Shown in pieces: positions 1-14,100 of a stretch of DNA of 64,000 nt. Below the pieces are notes generated by a model that was not told the DNA's origin, searched no databases, and saw only the letters and a program-made list of their open reading frames with translations. The first letter of the stretch is position 1. Every line of letters begins with the position of its first letter. The position numbers were made by a program, and so were the translations under genes. The DNA is from Balanoglossus misakiensis (lineage: Eukaryota; Animalia; Hemichordata), in contig CM082589.2 in assembly GCA_040954595.2 (NCBI GenBank), positions 10,614,894 through 10,678,893 of the forward strand. Direction: 5' to 3'.

Positions 1-27
1 TATTCGCAGAGCTGACCAATTGTTTAA

Positions 28-358
28 AGGGGCAAAGTCTCTCTTTCGCCACCATTGTTCAATTAAGTTTGATACATGAACCCATTTATGTTATTCTACA
101 TGTGGCTATATAGTGAATCAACATTCAACCAACAACTTTCATCCCGGTTGTAGAATCTGAGAGTAAAAATCTCGCAAAAATGAATAAATGGTAAACACCG
201 ATTATTCATTTTGGCGAGTTTTTTCATTCTTGTGTGTACAAGTGGGGTGGAAGTTGTGTTTGGTCGAACATTGATTCACTATACAGCCAACATAAACGAT
301 GTCTTGTATCAAACATAATTAATGGTAAAAAGGGCAGCGAGAGAGACACTTTGTCCCT
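28..358. mobile_element. Non-autonomous Kolobok-type MITE
   Basis: TTAA at 24-27 and 359-362. Termini AGGGGCAAAGTCTCTCT / GAGAGACACTTTGTCCCT, with long imperfect inverted arms. Paralogous empty site at ~716-745 (gctgaccaattatTTAAggaa). Homologous to the left end of the element at 2119. Confidence 0.85.
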
Positions 359-529
359 TTAAGTAAAATTCAAGTTGTGTAATGTGGACATATTCACATT
401 TACAAACTGTTTTATAGTCACATGGGGATTAAATGCATATGCATGTGTATTTAAAGTTAACTGTAAATCCCCAGGTTAATACGTGGCCAAAAGCACTGTA
501 ATTTGACATTTCTAAAGATGGTGAGATGT

Positions 530-2118
530 TGTTTGCTCCCCAGGGAGTTGAATGGAATATTTATGTCCAACGACCTAAATCAAATGACCATGGGACAACT
601 TTAAAGCACATTGAGATTTAATGTGCTACATACGTTATAAATATTATATTAATATTATTACATAAAAAACACTCTTGCTTAGCAAAGGAAGTGGTCAGGT
701 GAAAAATATTTGCACAGCTGACCAATTATTTAAGGAATATTAAAGTTGGGTAATTTGGACGTATTCATACGGGTGTTGGTCAATGGAAAGTCCTTTGTTC
801 ATTTTCAAAATGGCAACCAAAAATGCGAACAAAACACACTGAATTCTGTACGGGATATTGATGTTGCCTAATTTGCGTGTTTCCACATTTACTTAAACTC
901 TCACACGGAGACAAATGTCACAGCAAACGGAAAAATGACTATGCTACACACAACACTTTTATTGATCATGGGAAATGTTCATGAGAATTGTGTTATGGTA
1001 CTTTTCGGGGCTCACGAACTGTGTTATGGGAAATCTGACAAGGAATCTAAACTGTACCACATACACAACACTTTTATTAAGCGTGGGACATGGTCCTGAG
1101 AACAATATTCTCAGAGCTGACAAACTGTGTTATGTGAAATTCATGTTGCCTATTTCATGATAATGGCTTGTGGTACACAAGGGTTAACAGCAATCAGCAA
1201 TTGCTTGTATGATAGGTATGATGATCGATTTATAAATTTCAATGGTATAATAATGGGCAACACATGTGGAAGTGTTTAATAAACAGTTAACTAATGTGGT
1301 GATGGTTTGTGGTAAAATTGAGGGTACACAGATTATAATGGGCCAAAACAATGAATATAATAGAGGTTGATGATGGTGAAGGGTTTCATATGAATGGTGT
1401 AATAAAGGTTAACAAATGTGGTGATAGCTTTGGTGTACAGGGCTGTTGATATATTTAGTAATGACAAAGGTATAATAATGATAAAAGCTTAAATAAGTGT
1501 TGGGGCACAATCTTCACGATGGTTCATTCATTGGTTAATGTGTATATTTTATTAATATCATGCTATTGTTTATCAGTTAGATCATAATCAGGATTTTTCC
1601 ATGCACATCGTCACCATGATTCAGCGGAATTCTTCTGAATAGTACCTGTGATCATTTTTCCGCACCGACGCATTGTACGCGACAGACATGCAGAAAATAT
1701 TAACATGTAACTCACAGGCATAATGTTAAATCTAAACGACTGTACGTTAGGTTAGCTTTACCTCCCCACCCCATCCAAATTCCAAATTTAGCTTGCCATG
1801 CAGTTTTCGGGTAGTACCAATTCGGAAACTTTCATGGTTCATTCATCGAACCAAATATTGGATTTGACACACTGTGCCATGGGTGGGTAAAGCATGGTGA
1901 AATGTTGGCGGTAAACTTTAACCAGGCAGGTCACATGAAATGAAGATATTATCCTTTGAGTTTGATGACATACATGATAAGATATGTCAGTTTTGACACC
2001 TTTTTGCAGACATAGATGCTGATGTATTTTTTCCATTGGACACAGTAGTCAAAGTCCAGTCTGTGTTTAAAATGATACCCTGGTCACACACAGTGAGAAA
2101 TATCAGCCTTTGACTTAA
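530..2118 (+). repeat. Locally duplicated segment, copy 1 (other copies ~21600-23357 and partly ~25700-26122)
   Basis: Near-identical sequence read directly, e.g. 1201-2118 versus 22441-23357. It begins with a SINE 3' tail. Confidence 0.85.
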
Positions 2119-3739
2119 AGGGACAAAGTCTCTCTCTTTTTGCCTTTTTTCCATTACTTTTGATTCATTCAAGACACTGTGTATGTTATTTTAAATGTTG
2201 ATATATAGTGAATCAACGTTCGACCACACACAAGTTCCATCCCGCTTGTAGACACGAGAGTAAAAAAATCACCAAAATGAATAATCGTTCTTTACCATTT
2301 ATTCGAGCGCGGACGCGGGCCGGGCTTCGATCATTACCAATGTGCGCATGTGCAAGGGTATATACACAAAATGAAACGTCATACATATAATTATAGCTGT
2401 AGCGACAGTCATGGCGGATGCTTTGGCGTCTGTTCCCAGTAGCAGTGGTAAACGTAAACGTGCTCGTGGCCGCCCACAAACCACTGCTTCGGCAAAAAAA
2501 CGTAAACAATTGCTGAAACAAGTAGGTCAGATAAACATTTTCTCGGAAATTCATCGTTGGAATGAAATCAAACGCTCCTTGGTATTGGAAACGAACCGCC
2601 AGGTCGCAAAGGTACTGATCGACCGGTAAGTACATATTCGTGCATTCACTGTGTACGTACTCCATAGCCAAAGATACGGCATGAATTGTGTACATGAATT
2701 TAGAATCTGTGTCTCACAGAATCACTGCGAGCATCATCTCAATGTAATTCTAAATGTGCTGTTTCAAGTCGTATTTCACTTAGTGATTTTGCCCAGCGCA
2801 TACCTCGCCCTCGACCAGCAGTTGTATGTAGTACGCTGGACCGTTTGTATCAATGTATGACTATGCGAGATAAATTGTACGGTACTGCAATTTTTTTTTT
2901 TTTTTCTTTTTTTTCCTCCGGACAATCTACATGTATTACTGTTATCGAACATACGAGACAATATGCTTTTAGCGGAATTTGGTTGTTCTTTGTTCTGCTA
3001 CAACTTCCGTTTTGTTATAGCCAGTTGTGTACATTTCTTGAGCTGTATATGAACTGAAGAAAAATTTGGCTATTTTCTCGTAGTTATCTTATTCTCACCT
3101 TACGTGTCTGTAACCTGTCCTCTGAGGCAAATTATGGCTGTGTGTAATCCCTTCTAAAGACAGAAATTGGCTACGTAAACAAGCCATTGTAAAGGCAAAA
3201 AAGGTTCATTGTGTCTTATTATTTGTGTGGACAGGTATTATGAACATCAAGTTACAGCAACAACAGATGCAGAATTTACCAGGCCTGCATCATCTCCAAG
3301 TGGCCAAGAAACACTGCAAGTATTTGCACCGTCTATGGAAACTAGGTACCAAATAAATTTTGATCATGATACTTTGAGCTTTGTATAGTACACAATAGAT
3401 TTTCATATTTGATGGGGCTCTTGCAGTATACATGATGTATATTGTTTTAAAGAGGTGACATGTTTTTATGGCTCATGAAAAGTAATTGTGTCCGTAATAT
3501 AATTTATAGAAATGAAACAATGAAATGTTGCATTCCACATAGTTATCTGTGTGATAGATGGGAATACCTAAAAGTATATATTTGTTTCTTAAAATTTATA
3601 GGCAACGTGATGATCAAGGACAAGCCACCCAAACTTTTCCTATGACATCAACGCCAGGAAATGGCCATCTTTGTGATATCGAAAAAAATTTAGAAGAATT
3701 AGTTGCATCAGAAATATCATCAGTCAGGTAGGTGTTTAA

Positions 3740-4725
3740 GGTAGTTGGAAAGGCTATTTTTGAAGCAAATTCTCTCAATGTTTGTGAATTTATTTTCACA
3801 AGTTAGAATAAAGATAATGACTTGAAATTTGCAGCATGTATTCTTAACAAACTCAAAAGTGAGGGGAAAATATGACTGTAAAAATATCTGCTAAAATTAT
3901 GAAATTTGATACGCCTAAATATAAATATTCATAATTTTACAAAATATTGATTGAATCTTGACATGTTTTCACAAATTATTGAATAATTTGTATTCATTTT
4001 AATATTAAGCAACCCCTCCAGCAATGTACGGGACACTTTCAGCATAAACTTATTTTTTTCAAAGTTATCACTCAGGAAAACACAGTTTTTGTTGATATTT
4101 TGTATACAACTTTAACGTGCTGCCAAAACACAACGGGAAAACTTATGAAAAAACTGTCCCGTAAAATTGTTCTTTGGGATGTCCCGAGCCTTTCCTGAAA
4201 GTTTCATGATAAAAAAATTATCTGGCATACCAATTCAATCACAAATAAAAACCATTACATTATGGCGAAGGGCAGAAAAGTAGCGAAATACTCAAAGTTT
4301 AGCGGCAGTTCACGGCGAAGGATCGCATTTATCTGGGTCAAACGCTTTTCCGCTGGCTTTTCGGGTTCCCTAGAAATGCAAAAATGTCCATAATTTGGCA
4401 GCCTTTAATAAACAAGCAAGGTTATCTATCGTTGAAAATTGCAAGAATCAGTGTTTGCAAGTTACATTTAAATGCCCTTGGCTAGGGGAACCCGTCCTTG
4501 TGCGCATAGCCTAGGAGAAGTCTTCCCCTAGAGGGCGCTCAAATAAGGCTCCCTAGCTTCCTTGCCAGATGTATGAAATTAGGTATAATAAAACCAGCCA
4601 TATCTTGTTACACGTTTATTGCCCCGAATTTTTCATGAGTTTAATTTTTCTCTAATACATTTCTAATTATAAATTCAGTGTTTTTAAATGAAATTTTAAC
4701 TGACGCCCTAGCCTTTCCAACTACC
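3740..4725. mobile_element. Non-autonomous TTAA DNA transposon (Kolobok-like GG...CC ends) in intron 3
   Basis: TTAA at 3736-3739 and 4726-4729. TIR GGTAGTTGGAAAGGCTA / TAGCCTTTCCAACTACC. Confidence 0.85.
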
Positions 4726-5454
4726 TTAAGCACTGTTTTTTTACATTACATGATAATTTCAATGCTTCTAGCCACAATCTGTAGTATGAGGAAAAGCCTC
4801 TGCTCAAACTCTCAGGTGACAATAATCAACATAACAATGGCGAAGTATACCTGACATTTGCCCTCCAATAAACAACCAAAATCATCCTATACAATTTATT
4901 CAGTGTGTTGACCAAGACATTCACGTCTATGGTTTTAATCCAGCAAACATAGGTTTTTCACTGCTTACTGGTTGGGGGATTAGGGGGAACTGGAACCTAC
5001 AACGTTTGTGCAGACCTAGTTTGTCATGTATCAAATTTTAGTCTTTTTTTTCTTTGTACAGGGTTTCTTCCATCTCTGGAATTGCAGAGATAGATGTTCA
5101 GGAGATAGGAGAATCATCACAAGAGAAACCTATGGAATCTACAGAAGGCCCATCACAGCCAGTACAAAGTGAAAGGTATGACACTATCTTTTCTTACACT
5201 CCCCGTACGCTGGGAGTGTGAGAACAGAGTGTGGGAACAAATTGTTCTCACAATCTCACTGAATAGAAAGCTGTATATGACGTGAGTGCTGATTGGTTAA
5301 CAAAGTGTTCTGTCGCTACGCGCACTAAATGTTATCCAATGGCGCGATGTGTATTACAGGCACAGAGACTACAACGTGCCCCCAGACAACAATTCCAGAG
5401 TCATTTATTCAATGTTTTTAACGAACTTGGCTAATTTGTGACCGTGTGAGAAAA

Positions 5455-5602
5455 AGAATCTCACACACCAAGGACCTGGGATCATATTTCTCACACTCGT
5501 CGGGGATATTCTGTCCCACACGAGCCTGCGGCTCGTGTGGGACAGAAAATCCCCAACTCTTGTGAGAAATGTGATCCCAGGTCCTTGGGAGTGTGAGATT
5601 CT
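5455..5602. repeat. Long imperfect palindrome (~72-bp arms, 3-nt loop), possibly part of a non-autonomous Crypton-like element (~5195-5605)
   Basis: agaatctcacac...ccaaggacctgggatca...cacacgagcc TGC ggctcgtgtg...tgatcccaggtccttgg...gtgtgagattct. Confidence 0.7.
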
Positions 5603-6775
5603 ATTAATCTGAAGATAAACTGTAGTTAGGTAAACTTTTATAGTGAAATGTGGCTTTCCCCCCTCTTTTGTACCTTTTGTGATAAACATTAATCTCCTGC
5701 TTTAGGACAAAAGCAGGAGCGACTGCTTTACATACATGTAAATGTACTAATTTCTAACTCCCTTGCTTATGCTTGTGTGAATAAGTTATTCTGTGTAGCT
5801 ATCAACATGAAAATATTTCTTAGAAAGCAAAATGGCAAATGTTTACCAAGCACCCTAAATTTACTTGTGTGAAACCAAGATAGAGAGGAACCTGTAAAAA
5901 TAAGCAGTGATGCTGCTGTCCCTGTGTGCCCCTGTCACTTTGTTTCAGAGTTCAATTTTCATGTGTGTTATATTTAGTTCACAGCTGTAAATTAGTTCAG
6001 TACATATTGCCGTCTCATGTGTGCCTATTTTGTCATTTTTTTCTCCAGCGGCCGTGTAAGATTTCCAAGAAATTTGTCTGAGTCTTTCATCAATCCATTT
6101 GAGTAAGTTTTCCTTATTCTATTGTCATATACGGCATGCATGTATCCCTTGCTTGAGCAAGCCTTTTCGATTGCTTCTTTTCTCCTGTTACACTAAATTT
6201 AAATTTGTTGGGAAAATCAGTTTCATGACATGCATCACGTGTGTCAGAACATTTGCTTGTACTTAAATTCATGGGAAATGTTTTCTTTCTTTTTTGTGCT
6301 TATGAGTGACTATATGTATTTTTAGTGAGCAGCATTGTCCCACTATTCAGATTAATTCCTTGGTTTTATTACTACCAGGTTGAGCATTGATATTTCTGAG
6401 GAAGACAAAGAGGAAGACATGAACCTATGTGACGATGATGATTATGACTATGAGCCCAGCTTTGATATTTCTATAATGTAAGTGCGCATTTATCACTATC
6501 ATCAAAGTTCCTTATTGGATGGGTACACAACAAATGGAAAGCAAAATATCCTCATGGTTAAAAAAAGCCTAAGTGTTGGACGCTAAAATTCATATATATG
6601 ATAAATTTTCTTTTATGAATGAAACATCAACTTACAACATTTGTACTAACAGCTGACTGACAAACTCTGATGGACAAGTCATGAGCATTGTTAGGATTTT
6701 TTGTCCATTTCTCAGAACTAATGGCGTGCAGGTGGTTCCTGCCATTGGTGACGACGATATTGAAAGTGACGGTGG

Positions 6776-6808
<33 letters not shown>
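6776..6808 (+). repeat. (GAT)n microsatellite encoding a poly-Asp tract in transposase exon 7
   Basis: gatgatgat... run in frame with DDDDDDDDDDE. Confidence 0.9.
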
Positions 6809-6809
<1 letters not shown>

Positions 6810-8170
6810 ACACCATCACCGGGTCTGCAGAGAGTTGTCACAGAAGAAGATGGGGAAAGCCTCCTTGGTGACTCTACAACATGTCTGTTTTTTTTAACCA
6901 GCTTCTGGCCCTTGGCAAAAAATCTATTAGGCAAGTCTGTGCATTGAAGTCTTGCAGTGGATTGATATCCTCTACTTCAAAGTTTGTTGGCTCAGCTTTA
7001 TATCTAAAGTGGGTGAGTGTGAACTAAATATGGTATATTCTTGACAATTATTGTTAAACTATACCAACTGTAGTGTGCATTGTATGGACAATCACTATGC
7101 CAGTATTATTTAGATGAACAGGAAACTCTAGTTATAATCCTATGTGGGTGCACATTGTTCCTTTAGGTTTATAATAAAAAACAATAGTCAACTGAAATTA
7201 CAAAGTTATCGGTATTAACATCTGTTTTATCGTGTCTTGGAGAAATCAACATGAAATGATCAAATAAGCATGAATCTTTAAACTTTTTTTTTTCAGGAAT
7301 GCTCAGCTGGTCACCTTGAGTACGAATGGTGTTCACAACCAATTTTGAACAGGAGACTTCATAGTGGTGATCTCTTCACAGCAGCTGCCATTCTATTGTC
7401 TGGTAATAATTATGCCAAAATTAATTTTTTGGCAAGCATTCTGTCACTCAGAATTTGCTCCCAGAATACTTACAATAGAATTCAGAAAGCTTATCTAATA
7501 CCATGTCTTGATGAATTTTGGATACGACAACAACAAGACATCATTGATTCATTTGATGGCCAAGAACTTGTTTTACTGGGTAAGTTTTTAGCTTCATTGT
7601 TAATGACACGCACCTAATCTGATTGGCTCACCCCACTGATTATCCATCACATGTCGGCCAATGCACTTGTAATTTATGTCTAAAAGTTTATACTTACACA
7701 CTCTATTCTGCTGATTTAGAAAAGAATACAATAGTTATTATTTGGTGGCATTTACTTCCTCATTTGCATCATTTCATACTCATTGTAAAATCATTGAATT
7801 GGAAATGTTCTCACTTATGCATACTTATGTATAATTTGACTGACATATTTACTTGATTATGTCTCAGGTGATGGGCGAATGGATTCCCCGGGTTTTTGTG
7901 CGCAATATTGCACCTATACTGTGATGGAGGAAACCACCAAGAAAATTCTGTCGATAATAACCATGGACAAAAGAGAAACAGAGAAGAAGTCAACAAACAT
8001 GGAAAAGGCCTGCCTTGTTAAAAGTCTAAACCAGCTTCAGGAGAAAGGTGTAAATGTCAAAGAAGTCGTAACAGATGCCCACATGCAGATTACAGCTCTG
8101 ATGAGTAAGTGTAATGTTATGATTTTAAGATGGGTCCCTAGGATCTTTTTGCCCGTTGCTATGGGCCTTT

Positions 8171-11100
8171 TAGTCAAGTAGAACCACAACATAACCGTGA
8201 AGTACGGTACAAATGCAATTTTTTTGCAGAAAATGATAGTTGAAGGGGTACTGATAAGGAATCAGGTTGATGCCACCTTGGCACCCTTGAGCATTTTTTT
8301 TAATTAACGTTTTAAGCCACGCCCACTTTTTAAATCCTGTAATTACAAAGCTAAATGCAATTCATATAAATACTTGGCTTGTTTGGTATCAAACTAAAGC
8401 TAATGACATGTGGAAATTAAATATGAACATTATTAGGTTATACGGTCAATGTCAAGGTCATATAAGGGCATATTAACATAAACCTGGCCACGCCCCTAAA
8501 CTGAAACGTAATTAAAGAAGAAAAACATATCATGTTTGGTATCAAAATGAAGCTATTAATGTGCATATTACATCTATTCACTGTATTCCTCCTCATCATC
8601 AGTTTCTTCATAGTTTTCCACTGCAGGAGTCTCTCTCAAATTGTCATTAGCACATTGTTCTCCACCTCTACATAAGCAGTACGTTGTGCATGGTAGTCCC
8701 CCAGACCGACAACTGCAATTAGCTCTCGAACACGGAGGTGTCGACTTACAACCACAAGACACGAGCTCTAGAACTGACTTGGGTGCGATGTCTGGACAAC
8801 CATATACAGGAACGGGGATATCTTCCTCTAATCGCCATCCAAATGCAGACAGGTTCGTTGTGCATTCAGGAGGGGCCTGTTTGTCAGCAGCACGCCACAA
8901 TAGAACTTGCAGACGTGCACGTTTGATGTGCTCTGTTGCACACTCTTTGGTTGGCGGAAGACTTTTTATCCTTGGAGGGTCCTTCTTCCTCATGAACAGT
9001 GTGCATCTCAAGTCGCTAAGAGATTCCACGTATTCCCCACAGTAAATGAGGGAAAGGAAACCCATCCCTGCATCCATCCATTCATGTTTCTTTGCTGTTT
9101 CGTCTGTGAAAACCTTCAAGTGAAGATTCATCTTGTTCATCAAACTGATAGCTGATGTCTTGCCTTTTCCGTAGGGAAATGACACACTATCGCAACCAGT
9201 TAATGCATGGAGGGCCAACAGGTCGCAAGACTTGTCTCCCAGTTTAGAAACTGTAGCATTGATATCAATCACCTTTCCGTTATATTTCCTCATTGATACT
9301 TGGGCTCCGGGTTTGTAAAGCCAAACGAAGTACACCAGAAGGACGAAGATGTCTGTGTCATCGGCCAATACTTGTACGTGTTTCCGTTCTGGTAACATTT
9401 CAAGCAGATAACTGATCAACTTAACATCGGCTTCTTCATGACGATAGACACTTTGGTCTCCAATCAAGTGCAGGTGTGGATTGGAGTGGTCAGTTTCGCA
9501 TAAATGCTGGATGAGGGCTTCTTTGTTTTTGTCACTTTTCATGATGACTTCTTTAGCTGGGAGCATAGTGTTACTATTCAACACGTAATCTTGTGGTCTG
9601 ACACCCTTTGCTCTTCGTAGACGTTCATGAGACTTGATGGAGTGTTTATCATACCGATCAAATACAATGTATGTGTCATGGGGTCTGTGAAATGAATCAA
9701 TGAACGTTTCAGCAAAGTTCTTTACTGTTGTATTTCTTTGCCAAGAAGTGTGGTAGATTGCTTCATTACCATCGATAACCTCAAGATCCACTTGTTCCAG
9801 AGGAGTTGACGAGAAGACTGCTACTTTCTGAACCAGAACGGCTTTGCTTCCTTTCCTCATATCACCATACTCATCGAAGAGGGCAGAAGGCACTGGAGTG
9901 AGTTCATATTTGAATACCTCAGAAAGATGGATGTCCCTGCTTTGTGATATGACAAGTAAGCGAGCATACAACTTCTCTGGGTCGTAAATGGTAGAACCTC
10001 CAATTTTTGCCCTTTTCTTCAGTTTTTCCATCGTGACTACCTCTCTCTTGATTGGTGTGTGGAAGCCGTCAGGTAAGTTGCTCATGAATTTATGTGCCAT
10101 TCCTTGGCCGATGGCAAGAGCATCATCCACATTCACTTCTTTGGGTGCCACTCTTCCATTGATAATGTTGGAGAGTTGGTCGTTTTGCTCGGAACAGATC
10201 GGATTTGCATGTTGCTTAAGCTCTTCCCTGATCTTGTTCCTATCTGCAGCATCCAGACGTCTTCTACTTTCACCCTCCTCTTTGTGCGCACTGATCTTTG
10301 CATCATCTTTGGATGGCTCACCATACATTCCGTCCATGAGGAGGGACATTGTGTTGCAGAGATGATGTGACAGAATCCACTCTGATACTTGATCAGAGGA
10401 AAGGGATTTCCCAACCAAGCCGCCTTTGGACTTTCCATAGCGAATGTATGTTTGTTCCCCAAACTGGTCCAAGAAGACTGCGTTCCAAGCACCATCACTG
10501 TGACGACAGACATGTTCACCATCCAGGAATGATGTGAGCATCGCATTAGGCAAAGATGTTTCCATATCCAACACATGCCAAGATATATACCTGGCATAGT
10601 TCAAGTGACTGGCGACAAAGAAGTACGGTATCATCCTCTTTAATGAGTACATGTGGAGGAGCCAGTTTCCTTCTCTCTCAGCACGAAGAAACATGTGGAT
10701 GATTACTACTGGTAAGATGAGACAGTCAACCCAAAGTCGTCCGGTCCGTGATTGCCTAGCCTTTTCCAGTTCTTCCTCCATGAGGTCCACAGTTGTTTTT
10801 CCAGCCACTATCAGAGGTTCTAGCAGAGAACAGACAACCATGCGCAAACCCCTGACTGCTTTCGGCCAAGCATTTCCTTTCAGCATGTGATTGACCCCTT
10901 TGAAAGATACACCAAGCAATTCATCTAAGCCACTCCCATTCATCAGAGTTCCAATGCAACCGATGAATGACATGAGGGTGTGCATTCCTCCTGGTCTTAC
11001 CACCAAGTGCTTCCATCGATTGGGATTTGACCACTTTATCTGCAGTATAACCTTGTACAACTGCATATCTGCAGACAGATGGGTATATGGCATGTTGTGT

Positions 11101-14100
11101 TGCTTCATGAACACCTCGATGAAGAATAGTGTGGTAAGGACCGTATCTGGATGTGCGGGAGGGGAGTCAATCAATGGTCCAAACACAAATTGTGAAGCAA
11201 CACCCAGCAAATCACCCCGTTTTCTGGCTGCACTTGCCATTGTACCAGACCATTCTGGTTCAGGTTTAGGTCCATCAGTGCTTTGTAGGACTGCTACTAT
11301 CCATTTCATGTCACTTTCTAGGGCAGATTGCACTGCAGATGCAGTTTTTGCCACTTGTTCAAATGGTTGTCCAATATGACAAGTTACTTCAGGAGGCAAA
11401 GGCTTCTTTGGGCCAATGAAGTGTGCAATTTTCAAAGACGTCATCTCACTTGCCTTCATGGTATTTACCACATGTTTTGGTACTCGTGGAATTACTATTG
11501 CTGTAGAAGGCTGATTCCGATGTTCTGAAATGATAAAGGAGAAACGTACATTACAAAAAACAACAACATTTAAAAGGTAGTTCTATAGTCTTCAAACTTG
11601 TTTATTATTCATGAAAATGATTTAATTCCACGAATGCTATAAACAACAAATATCATTCGTAACTTGAGTGCATCAAGACTCTTGAACTTGTATTGTGAAG
11701 GACAAGCAGATCATTATAAACATTCTTTGATTCATGATGATAAATAGATAATGTAACAATCTTACCTTTGACGTTGTGAATGAATTCTACTGCCATGGCG
11801 TGTGTCTCTCTACATCCATTGGGTGTGTACACTTGAAGATCAAAATTGTCACACCATGAGCTGATCAATCCTGTATCATTCATAAGACCTCTGAAAGTGA
11901 AATCCTGTTCAGCTGTCATGTTAGCTGCTGATTTCCTGTATCTCTGAACTTCATCGTAGCTTGCGATGTACCCATGTGAGTTCAGAAGGTCGACAACTTC
12001 ACGCGAACCAAATCGATGATGAAGTTTTACAGCAAGACCAAGTGTTGTTTGATTAAAACAACCAGTGATCAATGCTTGAATAGACTGGGATAGAGAAAGA
12101 GATTTCCTTGTGATGGCACCTTTTGATATCAGGTGTGAAATGAAGTTCAGCAGATTTGTGTTACAGTCTTCCTTAACTTTGTCAAATTGGAAGTCAGCTA
12201 AATCATAAGTTTCTACAGTTTTATGAGATTCTGCTGACTTTACTTCGTTTGCGATCTTCTTGGCTAGTTCAGACACTTCATCACAATCATTGGCCTCTAC
12301 AAGTTTGAGGGTTGCAGGAACATGCTTGCGGAAACAGATAATACTAGCACATCCATTGACACGCAGAACAACGAGACTCTCTCCAAAATGATTTTCCAAC
12401 TTTCGTATTAACAGAGCCCTATGTTTACGGTTTTTTTCCTTATCTATGTCATGATCATGATCATCCTCTTCTTTGTCATGAAGTGGATGAATGTCATCAG
12501 TATCAGAGGTTGATGAAGTTCTGTTTGTTCTTTTTGCTGATCTTACAAATGAACAGTATATATCATATAACTCAATGGAATTCCATATTATTGCTGGATC
12601 ATTTTGGAGGGTGTCTATAACTCTTGTGAATGCAACATCAAAAGGATCTATTTCTTGCTCCTTGGATGTGCTAGCTGCAGCAGCAGCTGCTGCTGCGACA
12701 TTGCGCTTTCCTGTGAAAGAAATATAACAGTCATTGTGATACTGTGCATCTGCTGCATGCAAGTCTGATATTGCACCACTGATCCTGACACGAACTTCTT
12801 CTGCTAGTTGATCACCTCTTCGGTCACATATTTCCAAGAGAGTGTCCCTCTTTTCTACTGTTCTACAGGTAACAATCTTTCGCCAGCGTCGAGGATTTTT
12901 CTTATCTTTTGGCAAACAGTTACATCCGCATATTAAGCAGTGCTGCCTAAAACTAAACTCGCTGTGGTCCGACCTTAACTTTGATGGTGGTTCATCGAGT
13001 GTGCATTGATTTGAACCCATACGTTTCAAATATCTTTGTATGTGATGGGATGACGTATATGTAGAAATACATGACCTGTGAAAAGTTATTGTCAGTTCTG
13101 GGTCATTGTCCAATTGTTTTTGTAACTCTACATGATATGTATCGTTCCTTGCAAGGCTGGATGATATGACTTTGTTGATTCGATCCGTTCCTCCTGTACA
13201 TAAATCACCATCCTTGTCACACTCAAAGAAGCAACCGGATGATGCCATGATCCAATAAACTTTAAACAAAAACAACGATCAGTACTATCTATTACACTCA
13301 GTAATTATTATAGGGAATACAGTGTGATTTAGTAATATACATTCTGGATGAATTCATGGCATGGACATTTTTTGGAATATTCATCTTGAAATTATGGCAT
13401 TTAGAGGCACTATTTTAGGCCAATTAACACAAACTTTTCAGATTTTTTGAAGCCCCCTGATGTCTTTAAAATCCTCAAGGCCCCAATATACTGTGAGTCA
13501 TGAGTATCTCAGAACGTGTTGTGCCAGTTTGCCTTCGATGTTATACAAAGTCCAAATAGTAGTATGCTTACATGCTTACCCTCTCTGTTCCTTGATAAGA
13601 ATGCACAGTACTTCAACACGTCGCCAGCTTTTTATACAGCTTCACTAAACATTGTTGCAACAGTTACCCACATGTATTTATATTCAAAATGTAATGACCG
13701 TTTTTTGATACAAATTAGCGAATCTAAAGTAAGTGCAAAGCCAAAGTAGCAGTCTCATTTGACCTTTTGTGAACTATGGCCAAGGAAATAACAACGCTGG
13801 AAAATGAAAGCTGGCCCCCATGCTCCGCATGTTAAGGCCCTTATTACCATGGCAATTACATTTTGGCGGTAAAACATTTCAAGTGCTCTTTTTAATACTC
13901 ATTTTTGTTTTCTCCATCGTGTTTGCTTCATTTTGATACCAAACATGATATGTTTTTCTTCTTTAATTACGTTTCAGTTTAGGGGCGTGGCCAGGTTTAT
14001 GTTAATATGCCCTTATATGACCTTGACTTTGACCGTATAACCTAATAATGTTCGTATTTAATTTCCACATGTCATTAGCTTTAGTTTGATACCAAACAAG

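Noticed and set aside
6653-6715. Upstream acceptor at 6652 for exon 7
   Set aside because: It gives an immediate in-frame stop. The acceptor at 6715 has a better pyrimidine tract and keeps the frame.
8641-12727. Plus-strand ORFs of 60-160 aa overlapping the Academ gene
   Set aside because: Antisense shadows of a long coding sequence, with no motifs.
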